Source: Callorhinchus milii (Eukaryota). From it: a DNA stretch of 64,000 nucleotides. The position numbers were made by a program, and so were the translations under genes. Positions 63,896 to 64,000 of this stretch are shown piece after piece (positions within the stretch are counted from its first letter, which is position 1; the number at the start of each line of letters is the position of its first letter). The stretch is taken from the NCBI RefSeq assembly GCF_018977255.1, contig NW_024704743.1, positions 93,250,001 through 93,314,000 of the forward strand. Reading direction: 5' to 3'. The notes under the pieces are model-generated. The model ran no database searches. It saw only the letters and a program-made list of their open reading frames with translations, and had not been told where the DNA came from.

Positions 63896-64000
63896 ATTAA
63901 TGAAATTAATCATTCACTTCATTATTGTTTGTGTGACATTGCTGTGTGCAAATTGCCTTTGTGCTCACCTATAAAATTTACAGTCATTGCATTTTATTGT

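Overview
Repeat-rich, non-coding vertebrate DNA (large intron or gene desert). The repeat content points to a cartilaginous fish, plausibly a chimaera or elephant shark; this is inferred from recalled repeat families, not from a search. I found no convincing host protein-coding exon, rRNA, true tRNA or CRISPR array. Every long ORF with recognisable motifs is a LINE reverse-transcriptase remnant. Contents: about 20 L2-clade LINE fragments with (TTG)n tails, including a 2.6-kb copy at 31369-34005 with a YADD RT; CR1-clade fragments of two tail types; about 20 copies of a tRNA-Ala-headed Deu-domain SINE that shares the L2 3' stem-loop; older Deu-SINEs; six copies of an unclassified ~400-bp repeat; a Penelope-like fold-back with an 11-bp TSD; and a Harbinger transposase fossil. 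I cannot honestly claim a new biological system. The best leads are: (1) three co-oriented L2 insertions into the same ~15-nt spot of the partner SINE; (2) a TSD-flanked chimera of ~470 bp of promoter-like DNA plus a SINE 3' half; (3) a structured TE-free island at 51.3-52.4 kb; (4) locally templated insertions; (5) a 238-codon orphan reading frame that runs into a CR1 tail. Repeat boundaries were read by eye and are approximate unless a TSD is quoted.
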